Made by a program: the position numbers and the translations under genes
Assembly: GCA_023260395.1 (NCBI GenBank)
Contig: JALQVI010000003.1
Span: 1 to 59,877 of the forward strand
Direction: 5' to 3'
DNA from: Candidatus Nanopelagicales bacterium
GTDB lineage: Bacteria; Actinomycetota; Actinomycetes; S36-B12; UBA5976
DNA length: 59,877 bases
The notes under the pieces: generated by a model
Seen by the model: only the letters and a program-made list of their open reading frames with translations
Told to the model about the DNA's origin: nothing
Databases searched by the model: none
Shown: positions 10,029-19,838 of the stretch, in pieces
How positions within the stretch are numbered: the stretch's first letter is position 1
Layout: the number at the start of each line of letters is the position of its first letter

Positions 10029-10936
10029 ATCGTCATGTGTATTTTGATACGGCAACTTTGTATTACCGTGCGTATTACGCTGTCCCCGAAAAGATTGTTG
10101 CGCCAGATGGCACGCCAAGTGGGGCAGTGCGTGGATTCCTGGACATGGTCTCGACGCTCCTCACGCAATTCCCGCCTAGTGATGTTGTATTTGCTTGGGA
10201 TGATGACTGGCGACCTGCTTGGCGTGTTGCACTCGTGCCGTCGTATAAAACTCATCGTGCCGAAGATTCAGACGGCGTCGAAGTGGAAGTTGTTCCTGAC
10301 ACTTTAGGTCCGCAGATTGATGCGATTAGTCATATTTTGGATTCAATTGGACTGCCACGTATTGGCCAAGAAGGCCATGAAGCAGATGACATTCTCGGCT
10401 CACTAGTTCATCAACGACCAGGAGCTACATCAGTTGTCACAGGTGATCGTGACCTTTTTCAGCTGGTAGACGACGACAAAGATGTTCAAGTTGTCTCCAT
10501 TATCAAAGGTGTGAAGAATCTAGAAGTCATTGACGACGCCTATTTGATGAATCGATTTGGTGTGACGGGCAGCCAATACGTTGACTACGCAACACTTCGT
10601 GGCGATGCATCTGATGGTTTGCCTGGAGTAAAAGGTATCGGTGAAAAGACCGCATCCGCCCTTATGTCCGAATATGGCTCACTCGCTAATCTGGTTTCGG
10701 CCGTGCAAGCGGGAACTGCAGATGTGAAGCCTGCCGTTAAGGATCGAATCGCGAGTCACGTGGAATACATCGAAGCAGCGACTCAAGTAGTGCGTACGCG
10801 TACCGATGCAAAGATTCCCAAGTCGTTGGCGATTCCAAAACGTCTGGCGTCACCGGCTGACTTAGATTTCTTGGTCGCTGACTGGGGAATCGAACGTCAG
10901 GTTGCGCGTCTGCTCAAAACGCTAAACATTGGGTAA
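10022..10936 (+). CDS. Stand-alone 5'-3' exonuclease/flap endonuclease (PolA N-terminal-like)
   Basis: YYRAYY, EADDILG, VTGDRDLFQL, LRGDASDGLPGVKGIGEKTA. Confidence 0.92.
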   Translation: MVNRHVYFDTATLYYRAYYAVPEKIVAPDGTPSGAVRGFLDMVSTLLTQFPPSDVVFAWDDDWRPAWRVALVPSYKTHRAEDSDGVEVEVVPDTLGPQIDAISHILDSIGLPRIGQEGHEADDILGSLVHQRPGATSVVTGDRDLFQLVDDDKDVQVVSIIKGVKNLEVIDDAYLMNRFGVTGSQYVDYATLRGDASDGLPGVKGIGEKTASALMSEYGSLANLVSAVQAGTADVKPAVKDRIASHVEYIEAATQVVRTRTDAKIPKSLAIPKRLASPADLDFLVADWGIERQVARLLKTLNIG

Positions 10937-10946
10937 TCTGAGTAAC

Positions 10947-12035
10947 GTGTTTAAACAACGAATCCAGCGCGTTGCAGAGTCACTTTCCGCATCAGGCAAT
11001 GACTTTATCTTCGTTACCCCGAGTGCAGATTTAAAGTACCTGACTGGCTACGAAGCGTTACCGCTTGAACGAATCACGTGTTTAGCAATTAATTCGCAAG
11101 GTCATGCATGGATGATTGTCCCGGCTTTAGAGCGACCTGCCGCAGTCGCAGCCAAAGTTGAGGATTCAGGCATTGAACTTTTGGATTGGCAAGAAACTGA
11201 AAATCCCTACGCCAAATTTATGGATGTGCTTGGGTGCGTAGAAGCGCCTCTGGTTAACAACCTGATGTGGGTTGAAAAAGCGTGGAAATTGCAAGAGGCA
11301 ATTGGCAAGCCGGTCGCGCTGGCTAACACTGTGCTTTCAGACATACGTGAAATCAAATCTGCGGCAGAGATCGAAGCGCTGCATGAAGCCGGTCGAGCAA
11401 TCGATGCTGTGCATAATCAAATGCATCTTTGGTTACGTCCAGGTCGCACTGAGCGTGAAGTTGGTCGCGACATCGCGGATGCAATCTTGCGTGCAGGTCA
11501 CGAAACTGTTGACTTCGTCATTGTGGCAAGCGGTCCTAACGGAGCGAGCCCGCACCATGAAGTCTCGGATCGTGTGATTGGCGCTAATGAGCCCGTAGTG
11601 GTCGACATTGGCGGCACGATGCATAGTGGCTATTGCAGCGACTCAACGCGAACCTACGTATGTGGAACAGCGCCGCAGCAATATCGTGATTACTACGCAG
11701 TGCTTCAAGAAGCCCAACAAGCTGCAGTTGAATATGCGCGCCCAGGTGTCAGTTGTGAATCTGTGGACATGGTGGCTCGCAATATTTTGAAAGATCACGG
11801 TTTGGGTGATTACTTCATTCATCGAACTGGTCATGGAATTGGTTTAGAAACACACGAAGAGCCCTACATCGTTTCTGGAAATCGCAACCTTTTACGTGAA
11901 GGACATGCTTTCTCGATCGAACCAGGCTTTTACATACCCAACAAATATGGCGCACGTATCGAAGACATCGTCACGTGTTCTGCGACTGGTGTTGATAACG
12001 CCAACAACACAACGCACGATCTTGTGAGTTTGTAG
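10947..12035 (+). CDS. pepE: M24 family Xaa-Pro dipeptidase (PepE-like)
   Basis: DIGG..GYCSDSTRT, HRTGHGIGLETHE, SIEPG, RIED; GTG 10947 preferred because TAATCT lies 7 nt upstream (ORF track starts at TTG 10929). Confidence 0.85.
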   Translation: MFKQRIQRVAESLSASGNDFIFVTPSADLKYLTGYEALPLERITCLAINSQGHAWMIVPALERPAAVAAKVEDSGIELLDWQETENPYAKFMDVLGCVEAPLVNNLMWVEKAWKLQEAIGKPVALANTVLSDIREIKSAAEIEALHEAGRAIDAVHNQMHLWLRPGRTEREVGRDIADAILRAGHETVDFVIVASGPNGASPHHEVSDRVIGANEPVVVDIGGTMHSGYCSDSTRTYVCGTAPQQYRDYYAVLQEAQQAAVEYARPGVSCESVDMVARNILKDHGLGDYFIHRTGHGIGLETHEEPYIVSGNRNLLREGHAFSIEPGFYIPNKYGARIEDIVTCSATGVDNANNTTHDLVSL

Positions 12036-12041
12036 CTAGAA

Positions 12042-13529
12042 ATGCGAATTGCCCGCATGATTCTCGCCATTATTGCGGGAGCGATAGTTTATGCGGGGTT
12101 TACACCACAACGTTGGTATTTAGCCATAGTTGGGGTAGCACTATTCGTTTGGTCCTTAGAAAATTCGTCTCGAAAACTTCGCATGGTGAATGCCCTTGCA
12201 TTCGCTTTTGCCTTGTATGCGCCGTTAGTAAGTTGGGTTGATATCATCGGGTGGAACGCTGAGGTTTTCCTTACAGCGCTGTGCGTACTGCCGTGGTTAC
12301 TCGTTGCTGTCTATCAACCGCATAACTCATTGGCAGTATCTGCAATACGGATGGCATCAACTGTCGTGCTTATTGAATGGGTTCATAGCGGAATTCCGTG
12401 GGGTGGATTCCCTTGGGGCCTGCTGGCCTACAGCCAAGTCGATGGACCTTTTGCGCTTGCATCACGTCTAGGTGGGGAAGTGCTGGTATCGGCAATTGTC
12501 GTGCTTTCCGGATTTGCGCTCTATGGCGTAATGCGATTTCGCCAATGGAAACCTGCTGCCGTTATGTTATGTATTGGACTTGGTCTTGTTGCATTCAGTC
12601 ATGCGCAGAAAACATCAGATCAGAGCACAGTGACTGTCGCAGTAATCCAAGGAAATGTTCCGCGACTAGGGTTAAGTGATCAAGAGCAGGCCAAACGAGT
12701 TTTTGCAAACCACATCAATCAAACTCATATGTTGGCTCACGACATTGCAGCAGGAAAAGTTGAGCGGCCGCAACTTGTGGTGTGGCCAGAAAATGCTGCA
12801 GATGGAGACCCCATCAACAATCGTGCAATGTTCAATGATGTTCAACAAGTTGTTAACGAACTCAACATTCCGGTGCTTATCGGTGCGGCAGTACGCGATG
12901 GTGACGTAGGCCCTTATAACTCTGGAATTTTGTGGTTACCTTTTGACGGTCCAAATCAACGGTATGAAAAAGTTCACCTTGTGCCATTTGGAGAATACAT
13001 TCCCAATCAGAGTGCGCTCCAAGATCTCGTAAAACATTTTGGTATTGACACAAATAACTATGTTCCAGGCTCGCGTACCGGTCTCATAACTCATGGCGAG
13101 CTGACTTTTGGTGATGTGATTTGTTTTGAAGTTGCCTACGGTGATCACGTAGCGCAGTCGATTATCAATGGTGCACAATTCTTGACAGTTCAGTCCAACA
13201 ATGCAACGTATGCCTTGACTGAACAGCCGACACAACAACTTCAAATTACGCGTTTCCGTGCGATAGAACATAAACGATCTATCGCGGTTGCTACGACAAC
13301 GGGAATTTCAGGTTTGATTAATTCACAAGGCGCAGTGCTCGTGCGCAGCCAAGAAATGCAGTCGGCGCGAATTGTTGGTCGAATCGACAAGAATCAATCG
13401 CTGGAATTAATCGATCGATGGGGAAGTGGCTGGTTGCTTTTTATCGCGTTTCTTTTCGTTATCCTTGGACAGCGAAAAGATTCGTCGTGGAAGTCCACAG
13501 GTGCATTAAATAGTGCACTGGTCGCGTAA
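12042..13529 (+). CDS. lnt: Apolipoprotein N-acyltransferase
   Basis: GFPWG, QGN, catalytic E-K-C motifs VVWPEN / YEKVHLVPFGEYIP / ICFEV. Confidence 0.93.
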   Translation: MRIARMILAIIAGAIVYAGFTPQRWYLAIVGVALFVWSLENSSRKLRMVNALAFAFALYAPLVSWVDIIGWNAEVFLTALCVLPWLLVAVYQPHNSLAVSAIRMASTVVLIEWVHSGIPWGGFPWGLLAYSQVDGPFALASRLGGEVLVSAIVVLSGFALYGVMRFRQWKPAAVMLCIGLGLVAFSHAQKTSDQSTVTVAVIQGNVPRLGLSDQEQAKRVFANHINQTHMLAHDIAAGKVERPQLVVWPENAADGDPINNRAMFNDVQQVVNELNIPVLIGAAVRDGDVGPYNSGILWLPFDGPNQRYEKVHLVPFGEYIPNQSALQDLVKHFGIDTNNYVPGSRTGLITHGELTFGDVICFEVAYGDHVAQSIINGAQFLTVQSNNATYALTEQPTQQLQITRFRAIEHKRSIAVATTTGISGLINSQGAVLVRSQEMQSARIVGRIDKNQSLELIDRWGSGWLLFIAFLFVILGQRKDSSWKSTGALNSALVA

Positions 13530-13538
13530 GGTATTTGT

Positions 13539-14300
13539 GTGTCTAAGCCGTATCTTGAACTAGGAAAAATCTTGGTGATTATTCCTACGTACAACGAAAT
13601 CGACAATATCGATATTGCCATTGCTGGTGTTCGAATCGCGACGCCTGAAATCGATATTTTAATTGCCGACGACAACTCGCCAGATGGTACTGGAAAGCGA
13701 GCAGACGAAATTGCCGCGATTGATCATCATGTGAAAGTTTTGCATCGAGCCGGCAAAGAAGGACTAGGTGCGGCGTATCTGGCAAGTTTTGCCTGGGCAA
13801 AGAATCAGGGTTATGACGTTGTCGTTGAAATGGATGCAGATGGTTCACATCGCCCGGTGGACTTGCCAGCGTTGCTCAACGCTCTAGTGGACGCTGATGT
13901 CGTGTTGGGCTCGAGGTGGATCAAAGGTGGGCGAGTTGTGAACTGGCCCAAGCACCGCGAATTTCTATCACGCGGCGGAAATCTGTACACAAAGTTATGG
14001 CTAGGAATGCCGATTTCAGATGCCACCGGCGGTTTTAGGGCGTTTCGAATTGGCGCGCTAGACGCAATCGGCTTGGACGCAGTTGAAAGTCAGGGTTATT
14101 GCTTCCAAGTGGACATGGCCTGGCGTGCTTCGCAAGCTATGCAGCGCATCATCGAAGTGCCAATCGTCTTTGTTGAACGCGAACGTGGCGAGAGCAAAAT
14201 GGACCAGGCAATTGTCCAAGAGGCGCTCAAACGCGTAACTCGATGGGGAATTAGCAAGCGTAAGTCAGACCTTGCTCGCCTATTTGGCCGCAGAAACTAA
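13539..14300 (+). CDS. ppm1: Polyprenol monophosphomannose synthase (GT2)
   Basis: IIPTYNE, DDNSPDGTG, EMDADGSH, DATGGFRAF, GYCFQVD; next to lnt. Confidence 0.92.
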   Translation: MSKPYLELGKILVIIPTYNEIDNIDIAIAGVRIATPEIDILIADDNSPDGTGKRADEIAAIDHHVKVLHRAGKEGLGAAYLASFAWAKNQGYDVVVEMDADGSHRPVDLPALLNALVDADVVLGSRWIKGGRVVNWPKHREFLSRGGNLYTKLWLGMPISDATGGFRAFRIGALDAIGLDAVESQGYCFQVDMAWRASQAMQRIIEVPIVFVERERGESKMDQAIVQEALKRVTRWGISKRKSDLARLFGRRN

Positions 14301-14354
14301 TTCATCAGCATCTGCGGCCAAAATCATGGCTTGTGAGCAACCGGCCCAGTTTTA

Positions 14355-14693
14355 TTACGCGGACTTTTTATCAAAACCGCGCAGGATAGCCAGACGTTCC
14401 ATCATGAGTTCCTCGAGTTCGGCAATTGTGCGGCGCTCAAGCAACATGTCCCAGTGCGTGCGGCCCGTACGTGCAACAGGTTGTGGCTGAAGCTTTTGGC
14501 CCCAACGCGTCGCTGTGAGGCCACAGCCACACGTCCAGGTGTCAGGAATCTCATCGGCCTCTTCGGCAAATGGCAAAGTTGTGTGGTGTGCGTCTGGGCA
14601 CACATATGTTGTTAACTGACGTGGCGCTGAAATGCCGTTGTCGACTTCGTAAGAGGTTGATCCCAGTCGGGTTCCTCGCATTGATTCACTCAT
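14355..14693 (-). CDS. rbpA: RNA polymerase-binding protein RbpA
   Basis: MRGTRLGSTSYE, RTHWDMLLERRTIAELEELMMERL; ATG 14693 is 7 nt from GGAGG RBS. Confidence 0.95.
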   Translation of the reverse strand: MSESMRGTRLGSTSYEVDNGISAPRQLTTYVCPDAHHTTLPFAEEADEIPDTWTCGCGLTATRWGQKLQPQPVARTGRTHWDMLLERRTIAELEELMMERLAILRGFDKKSA

Positions 14694-14844
14694 CACAAAT
14701 CCTCCTTGTTGATGTGTACTTTCAAAGTACCCACAGGACTGTTAAGCCAAACATCGATTTTTGGCCAAGATTGGGATATGGATTTCCAAGGTTGATACAG
14801 GGCCCACGAAAACCCAATAGCCAATGGCTTTCTAGTATTAATAA

Positions 14845-14872
14845 CTATCCGATAAGATACATTATGTCAAGT
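14845..14872 (+). other. dif: Chromosomal dif site (XerC/XerD recombination site)
   Basis: CTATCCGATAA-GATACA-TTATGTCAAGT, 11-6-11 layout; right arm identical to the mycobacterial dif XerD arm as recalled, left arm ends CCGATAA; genes converge on it from both sides. Confidence 0.9.
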
Positions 14873-14886
14873 TACGTTAGCAACGA

Positions 14887-15002
14887 GACATAATGTCAGC
14901 TCGCAACGCCGACCTTGAACTATCCCCGGCCATCCCCCGTAACGCACTTCGACATAATGTTTAACGTCCGATGGATCGTCGCGTTATGCATGACGAAATG
15001 TC
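14887..15002. repeat. Extra copies of the dif GACATWATGTC core
   Basis: GACATAATGTC 14887-14897, GACATAATGTT 14951-14961, degenerate GACGAAATGTC 14992-15002; the first two are inverted copies of ACATTATGTC in dif. Confidence 0.7.
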
Positions 15003-15032
15003 GCTACGGATTTATTGGCCTTTAAATGCGAT

Positions 15033-15182
15033 TTATGAGATTTTTCAGATTTTGAATCTGACGAAAATCCATGAGTTTTAAGAAATAGGTTATGAGATTC
15101 CAGATTCACGAATTTTACGAATTTGGCTTAATTTGACCCTTGGCCAGTTATTAGCACCAGATTCACCAATTTTTTGAATTTG
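15033..15182. repeat. AT-rich degenerate direct repeat, about 57-bp period
   Basis: CCAGATTCACGAATTTTACGAATTTG (15100-15125) vs CCAGATTCACCAATTTTTTGAATTTG (15157-15182), 23/26 identical; TTATGAGATT at 15033 and 15090. Confidence 0.65.
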
Positions 15183-15215
15183 TCCCAAAAACCCAGCGTT
15201 TTAGCGGATTTTGCC

Positions 15216-15638
15216 CTAAAAATCGAGGCTGGCGCCGGATTCCTGAGAAATGACGGAAGCTTCTGCCCCATCGGTCACCAAATCAAACTGATCCAGCGTG
15301 ATTTCGATGATTGGCAACCACGAGTCATAGATTTCTGCTGCAGCTAAGGCACCCAGCGAAATGATTCCGTCAGGTTCGCACAACACGATGGCTGCTGGGG
15401 CTAAATCAAGGCGTAGCAACTCCATGAGGCAGTATGCGCCCGAACTTGAGCCTCGGCCCGAAGTCATGGTCAAAACGCGTCCTGTGACGTATGTGCCGTG
15501 TTGTGGGTGATGTACGTCGTTGATCATGCCGTTGTGGTCGATTCCACCCCAGAACGAGACTGGATCGTCGAGTTTCAGGATGGTGCCGGTTCCGGTGCCG
15601 TATGTCAGCGGCGTGGCATCTAGATGTTGATTAGCCAT
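15216..15638 (-). CDS. Aconitase X swivel (small) subunit, DUF126
   Basis: PVSFWGGID..G...D.HHPQHG..VTGRVL...GRGSSSG; overlaps stop of large subunit. Confidence 0.88.
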   Translation of the reverse strand: MANQHLDATPLTYGTGTGTILKLDDPVSFWGGIDHNGMINDVHHPQHGTYVTGRVLTMTSGRGSSSGAYCLMELLRLDLAPAAIVLCEPDGIISLGALAAAEIYDSWLPIIEITLDQFDLVTDGAEASVISQESGASLDF

Positions 15639-16908
15639 GGAAAAGCTCCCGATTCCAGGTCACTACGCCACTTTGAGCTGATGCGACACATTCTTCGAGT
15701 GTTGCAAGAACAGCGTCCACGCCCATGTTGCCTGGCACGTAGTGAGCCACTTTCCCACTGTTAGTCATCACGGTTTGTGTGTTGCCGCGGAATACCGAGG
15801 TGATGTAGGCACAGGTGTCGAGGATGAACTTCACGCCGAGTGCTTCTAGAGGTTCAACGTATCCAGCTTCTTTGGCCTGGTTGAAAACCGTGCGTCCAGT
15901 GTTGATGTAGAACTGAACGTCTTTGTGGATAGGTGCTCCCCCGACGAGCGCGTCATGTAGCTGTCGAATTTCATCGACCGATGCGTGTGGTGTGCCAAGG
16001 CTGACCGCGTCGAGTTTCGTCAACGTTGCAGTGCATAGTTCGTCGCGACCATCACGCAATGAATCCGCCGTGATGACATGCGTTGGCACCGACGATGGAT
16101 CAGCAACTACATCAGCCAACGTTGGAGCTTCTGGTGTGCGACCAACAACGTGGAATAGCGCTACCCCACCGGATGACGCGGCGGCTGCGCCGAGCGCTTT
16201 GAGTCGATCTTCGGAGACATCGCCAGGAAGTCCGACGTAAACCGGGTTTTTGGTGCCCGCGATATGTCCGCCTAAGTAGCCAAGAATTGGATACGTGATG
16301 TCGATGTCGAACACGTGAGGTGACAACGAGGAACAGTCAAGAATGACGTGACCCACGCGATTTTCCTCGAGGTGCAATCCTGCAAATGGCGCCTTACCTG
16401 TGATCGCCGAAGCAATGTCAAGGAAGTCGCCGTAGCGATCGGTCTTGGCACCCAATACCGAGTTGGCAAATACGATTGCATTTGATTCAGCCCAAGCAAT
16501 ATTCGTCCCAAACTCTGGACGCGCATCAGCTTGATATGGAGCGCACGTCCAGGTTTGAGTCACGCCAAGTTCCGCGTAGGCCGCCATAATTTTGCGAGCG
16601 CCGTCGGCAACCCACTTTTCACGCTCGGTGTTTTCCAAAACCAAACCCGGATGGATCAAGTCGATTGACCCAACATTCACCGTGGTTGGAATGGTCACTT
16701 TGGCTTCGAGTTCGACCAATCGGTTAGCAAAGTCCAAGCCAGCTTGTCCGTAGAAGATGCAACCATCTATGTGAACTGACTCAACGTCAACTAACTTCTT
16801 GGCGCCACGAATGCGACCAAGTTCGGTGATGATGCGCATAGAAAGCGCAACCGCTTCCCCATGCTTGCCATCGAGCATGTCCTGCTCGAGTTCTGTCAGT
16901 TCAATCAT
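15631..16908 (-). CDS. Aconitase X catalytic (large) subunit, DUF521
   Basis: LTELEQDMLDG..GEA, TCAPY, AWAESNA.VFANSVLGA.T, LKALGAAAASSG...LFH.VG.TPEA, GTPH, DTC, MTNSGK.AHY. Confidence 0.9.
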   Translation of the reverse strand: MIELTELEQDMLDGKHGEAVALSMRIITELGRIRGAKKLVDVESVHIDGCIFYGQAGLDFANRLVELEAKVTIPTTVNVGSIDLIHPGLVLENTEREKWVADGARKIMAAYAELGVTQTWTCAPYQADARPEFGTNIAWAESNAIVFANSVLGAKTDRYGDFLDIASAITGKAPFAGLHLEENRVGHVILDCSSLSPHVFDIDITYPILGYLGGHIAGTKNPVYVGLPGDVSEDRLKALGAAAASSGGVALFHVVGRTPEAPTLADVVADPSSVPTHVITADSLRDGRDELCTATLTKLDAVSLGTPHASVDEIRQLHDALVGGAPIHKDVQFYINTGRTVFNQAKEAGYVEPLEALGVKFILDTCAYITSVFRGNTQTVMTNSGKVAHYVPGNMGVDAVLATLEECVASAQSGVVTWNRELFHG

Positions 16909-16913
16909 TGTGG

Positions 16914-19799
16914 TTACTCAAATTCTGAAATTGGAGGGCACGAACATACCAAGTTACGGTCACCGAATGCGCCATCAATTCGGCGCACCGGAGCCCAGTA
17001 CTTGGATTCACGAAGTGTTTCGACTGGGTAAGCCGCTTCTTCGCGGGTGTATGGATGGTTCCATTCCCCTAGCAAGAACTCTGCAGTGTGAGGTGCGTTC
17101 GACAATGGGTTGTCATCGACTGGCCACTTACCACTTGCCACTTCTTCAATCTCTCGACGAATTTGTTTCATGGCGTGAATAAAGCGATCCATTTCCTGCA
17201 AGTCTTCGCTTTCGGTAGGTTCCACCATGAGCGTGCCAGCAACTGGGAAAGACATTGTTGGTGCGTGGAATCCGAAGTCGATGAGACGCTTTGCAACATC
17301 GTCAACTGAAACTCCCGTGTCCGCAGTGATCTTGCGCAAATCGAAAATGCATTCGTGCGCCACAAGATCGTTGTTGCCCTTGTACAGAACTGGGTAGTCA
17401 TTCTCGAGGTGCTTGGCAATGTAGTTGGCGTTGGCCACAGCAACCTGAGTTGCCTTCTTGAGGCCGTCGCCACCCATCATGCGGATGTATGCCCATGGAA
17501 TTGGAAGGATTGATGCACTTCCCCATGGCGCGCCACTGACTGCACCGATGCCGCCATCAGCGTGTCCACGACCGAGTGGTCCAGCTTCAGGGCGAAGTGG
17601 GTGCGAAGGCAAGTATGGAGCCAAGTGTGCGCGAACACCGACAGGACCAACACCAGGTCCGCCACCGCCGTGAGGAATCGCGAACGTCTTGTGCAAGTTC
17701 AAGTGCGAAACGTCAGCGCCGAACTTGCCTGGCTTTGCAAGTCCCACGAGTGCGTTGAGGTTTGCGCCGTCTACATAAACCTGGCCGCCGGCATCGTGCA
17801 CCATTGCGCAGATGTCTTGAACAGCCATTTCATAAACACCGTGTGTTGATGGGTAGGTAATCATGAGCGCAGCAATCTTGCCTTCGTTCGCAAGAATCTT
17901 GTGTTTGAGATCATCGAGGTCTACGTTGCCAAAATCATCACAAGCAACGACTGCCACCTTCATGCCGGCCATAACAGCAGAGGCTGCGTTTGTTCCATGA
18001 GCTGAACTAGGAATCAAGCACACATCGCGATCGAAATCACCGTTTGCGCGGTGGAAAGCACGAATAGCTAGCAGGCCTGAGAATTCGCCTTGTGATCCGG
18101 CGTTTGGCTGTAGCGAAACAGCGTCGTAACCCGTGACCTCCACGAGCCATGCTTCGAGTTCCTTGATCATCGTCAAGTAACCCTGGACGCTATCGAGCGG
18201 CGCGAACGGGTGAATTCCACCGAACTCGGGCCACGTGACGGCTTCCATTTCGGAAGTTGCATTGAGCTTCATGGTGCATGAGCCAAGGGGAATCATCGAA
18301 CGGTCAAGTGCGATGTCCTTGTCACTGAGCTTGCGAATGTAACGCAACATTGCGGTTTCGCTTTGGTGTGAATTGAAAACTGGGTGTGTGAGGAATTCAG
18401 TCTTGCGTGCAAGGTCAGCCGGCAAGATGTTGGACTCTTCGACACTTGAGTAATCCGTTGGGTAATCACCAGGAATTGCTGAAGCGAAGCTTTCCCAGAC
18501 TAGTTCGACGTGCTGAGGTGTTGTAGTTTCATCCACGCTAAGTGACAACGTGTCGTTATCGATGAGCCACAATGCGATGCCGCGATCACGTGCTGCGCGC
18601 TGAATGGCTTCGGCCTGACCCGGAACGCTGATTCGCAAAGTGTCAAAGAAGGAATCTGAAACAGAAATGCCGGCACGAATGAGCCCGCTTGCCAGGGCTG
18701 TTGCGCGGCCATGTACTTGACGAGCAATGTGAGTTAGTCCTGCTGGACCGTGGTACACCGCGTACATGGATGCCATGACGGCGAGGAGAACCTGCGCAGT
18801 ACAAATGTTGCTGGTGGCCTTGTCGCGACGGATGTGCTGTTCACGAGTTTGAAGCGCGAGACGGTAAGCCTTTTTGCCATCAGCATCTACGCTGACGCCT
18901 ACGAGGCGACCTGGCATTGAGCGTTCCACGCCCTTGCGAACTGCCATAAAGCCTGCGTGGGGACCACCGAAGCCCATTGGCACACCAAAGCGCTGTGATG
19001 AGCCAACGGCAATGTCCACGCCCCATTCGCCTGGTGCTTCAAGCACGGTTAGCGCAAGCAAGTCAGTTGTGGCAGTTACGAGTGCGCCATTGGCGTGTGC
19101 ACTTTCAGCAATCGCCTTGAGGTTACGAATTTTGCCCGAGCTTCCTGGGTAGCTCACAAGAACACCAAATGCATTTGTCACTTCGGTCTGCTTGTCGACA
19201 TCGATGATTTCTAGAGTGATGCCAAGCGGTTCTGCACGCGTTGCCAGTACAGCAAGAGTTTGTGGATGAGTATCGGCATCGACCAACATTACGTTGGATT
19301 CAACTTTGGAGGTGCGGCGCATCAAGGTCATTGCTTCGGCGCAAGCAGTTGATTCATCGAGAAGTGATGCGCTTGCAATGTCTAGCCCAGTGAGGTCAGT
19401 AATGACTGTCTGGAAGTTAAGCAATGCCTCGAGACGACCTTGCGAAATTTCTGGCTGGTAAGGCGTGTAGGCGGTGTACCAAGCAGGGTTCTCGGTGATG
19501 TTACGCAAGATGACACCTGGAGTGTGAGTTCCGTAGTAACCCAGACCAATCATGGAGATGAGAACTTCGTTTGCATCAGCAAGAGTGCGCAACGTTTCCA
19601 AAGTTTCAGGTTCACTCGCACCATCTGCAATAGCAAGTCCAGTTGGATTTTGAATGTTGACTGGGACGGCGGCGTTAGACAGATCATCCAAGCTGCTGTA
19701 ACCCAAGAATGAAAGCACCTTGGCAATGTCTGCTTCGTTTGGACCGATATGGCGATCAGCGAAGGATGTATAAGCCTGGGGGTTTGATTCAACTGACAT
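16914..19799 (-). CDS. gcvP: Glycine dehydrogenase (decarboxylating), P protein
   Basis: [56 protein letters not shown] 19799 after GAGG RBS. Confidence 0.97.
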   Translation of the reverse strand: MSVESNPQAYTSFADRHIGPNEADIAKVLSFLGYSSLDDLSNAAVPVNIQNPTGLAIADGASEPETLETLRTLADANEVLISMIGLGYYGTHTPGVILRNITENPAWYTAYTPYQPEISQGRLEALLNFQTVITDLTGLDIASASLLDESTACAEAMTLMRRTSKVESNVMLVDADTHPQTLAVLATRAEPLGITLEIIDVDKQTEVTNAFGVLVSYPGSSGKIRNLKAIAESAHANGALVTATTDLLALTVLEAPGEWGVDIAVGSSQRFGVPMGFGGPHAGFMAVRKGVERSMPGRLVGVSVDADGKKAYRLALQTREQHIRRDKATSNICTAQVLLAVMASMYAVYHGPAGLTHIARQVHGRATALASGLIRAGISVSDSFFDTLRISVPGQAEAIQRAARDRGIALWLIDNDTLSLSVDETTTPQHVELVWESFASAIPGDYPTDYSSVEESNILPADLARKTEFLTHPVFNSHQSETAMLRYIRKLSDKDIALDRSMIPLGSCTMKLNATSEMEAVTWPEFGGIHPFAPLDSVQGYLTMIKELEAWLVEVTGYDAVSLQPNAGSQGEFSGLLAIRAFHRANGDFDRDVCLIPSSAHGTNAASAVMAGMKVAVVACDDFGNVDLDDLKHKILANEGKIAALMITYPSTHGVYEMAVQDICAMVHDAGGQVYVDGANLNALVGLAKPGKFGADVSHLNLHKTFAIPHGGGGPGVGPVGVRAHLAPYLPSHPLRPEAGPLGRGHADGGIGAVSGAPWGSASILPIPWAYIRMMGGDGLKKATQVAVANANYIAKHLENDYPVLYKGNNDLVAHECIFDLRKITADTGVSVDDVAKRLIDFGFHAPTMSFPVAGTLMVEPTESEDLQEMDRFIHAMKQIRREIEEVASGKWPVDDNPLSNAPHTAEFLLGEWNHPYTREEAAYPVETLRESKYWAPVRRIDGAFGDRNLVCSCPPISEFE

Positions 19800-19838
19800 A
19801 GTGCACCTCAAATGCAAAAGACGAAAGACCAATGACGG

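Noticed and set aside
14570..14893. 107-aa plus-strand ORF crossing rbpA and dif
   Set aside because: Antisense to rbpA, runs through its promoter and the dif site, no recognisable motif
15033..15203. 57-bp periodic repeats as a mini CRISPR array
   Set aside because: Only 2-3 degenerate units, short putative spacers, low complexity and no cas genes in the window
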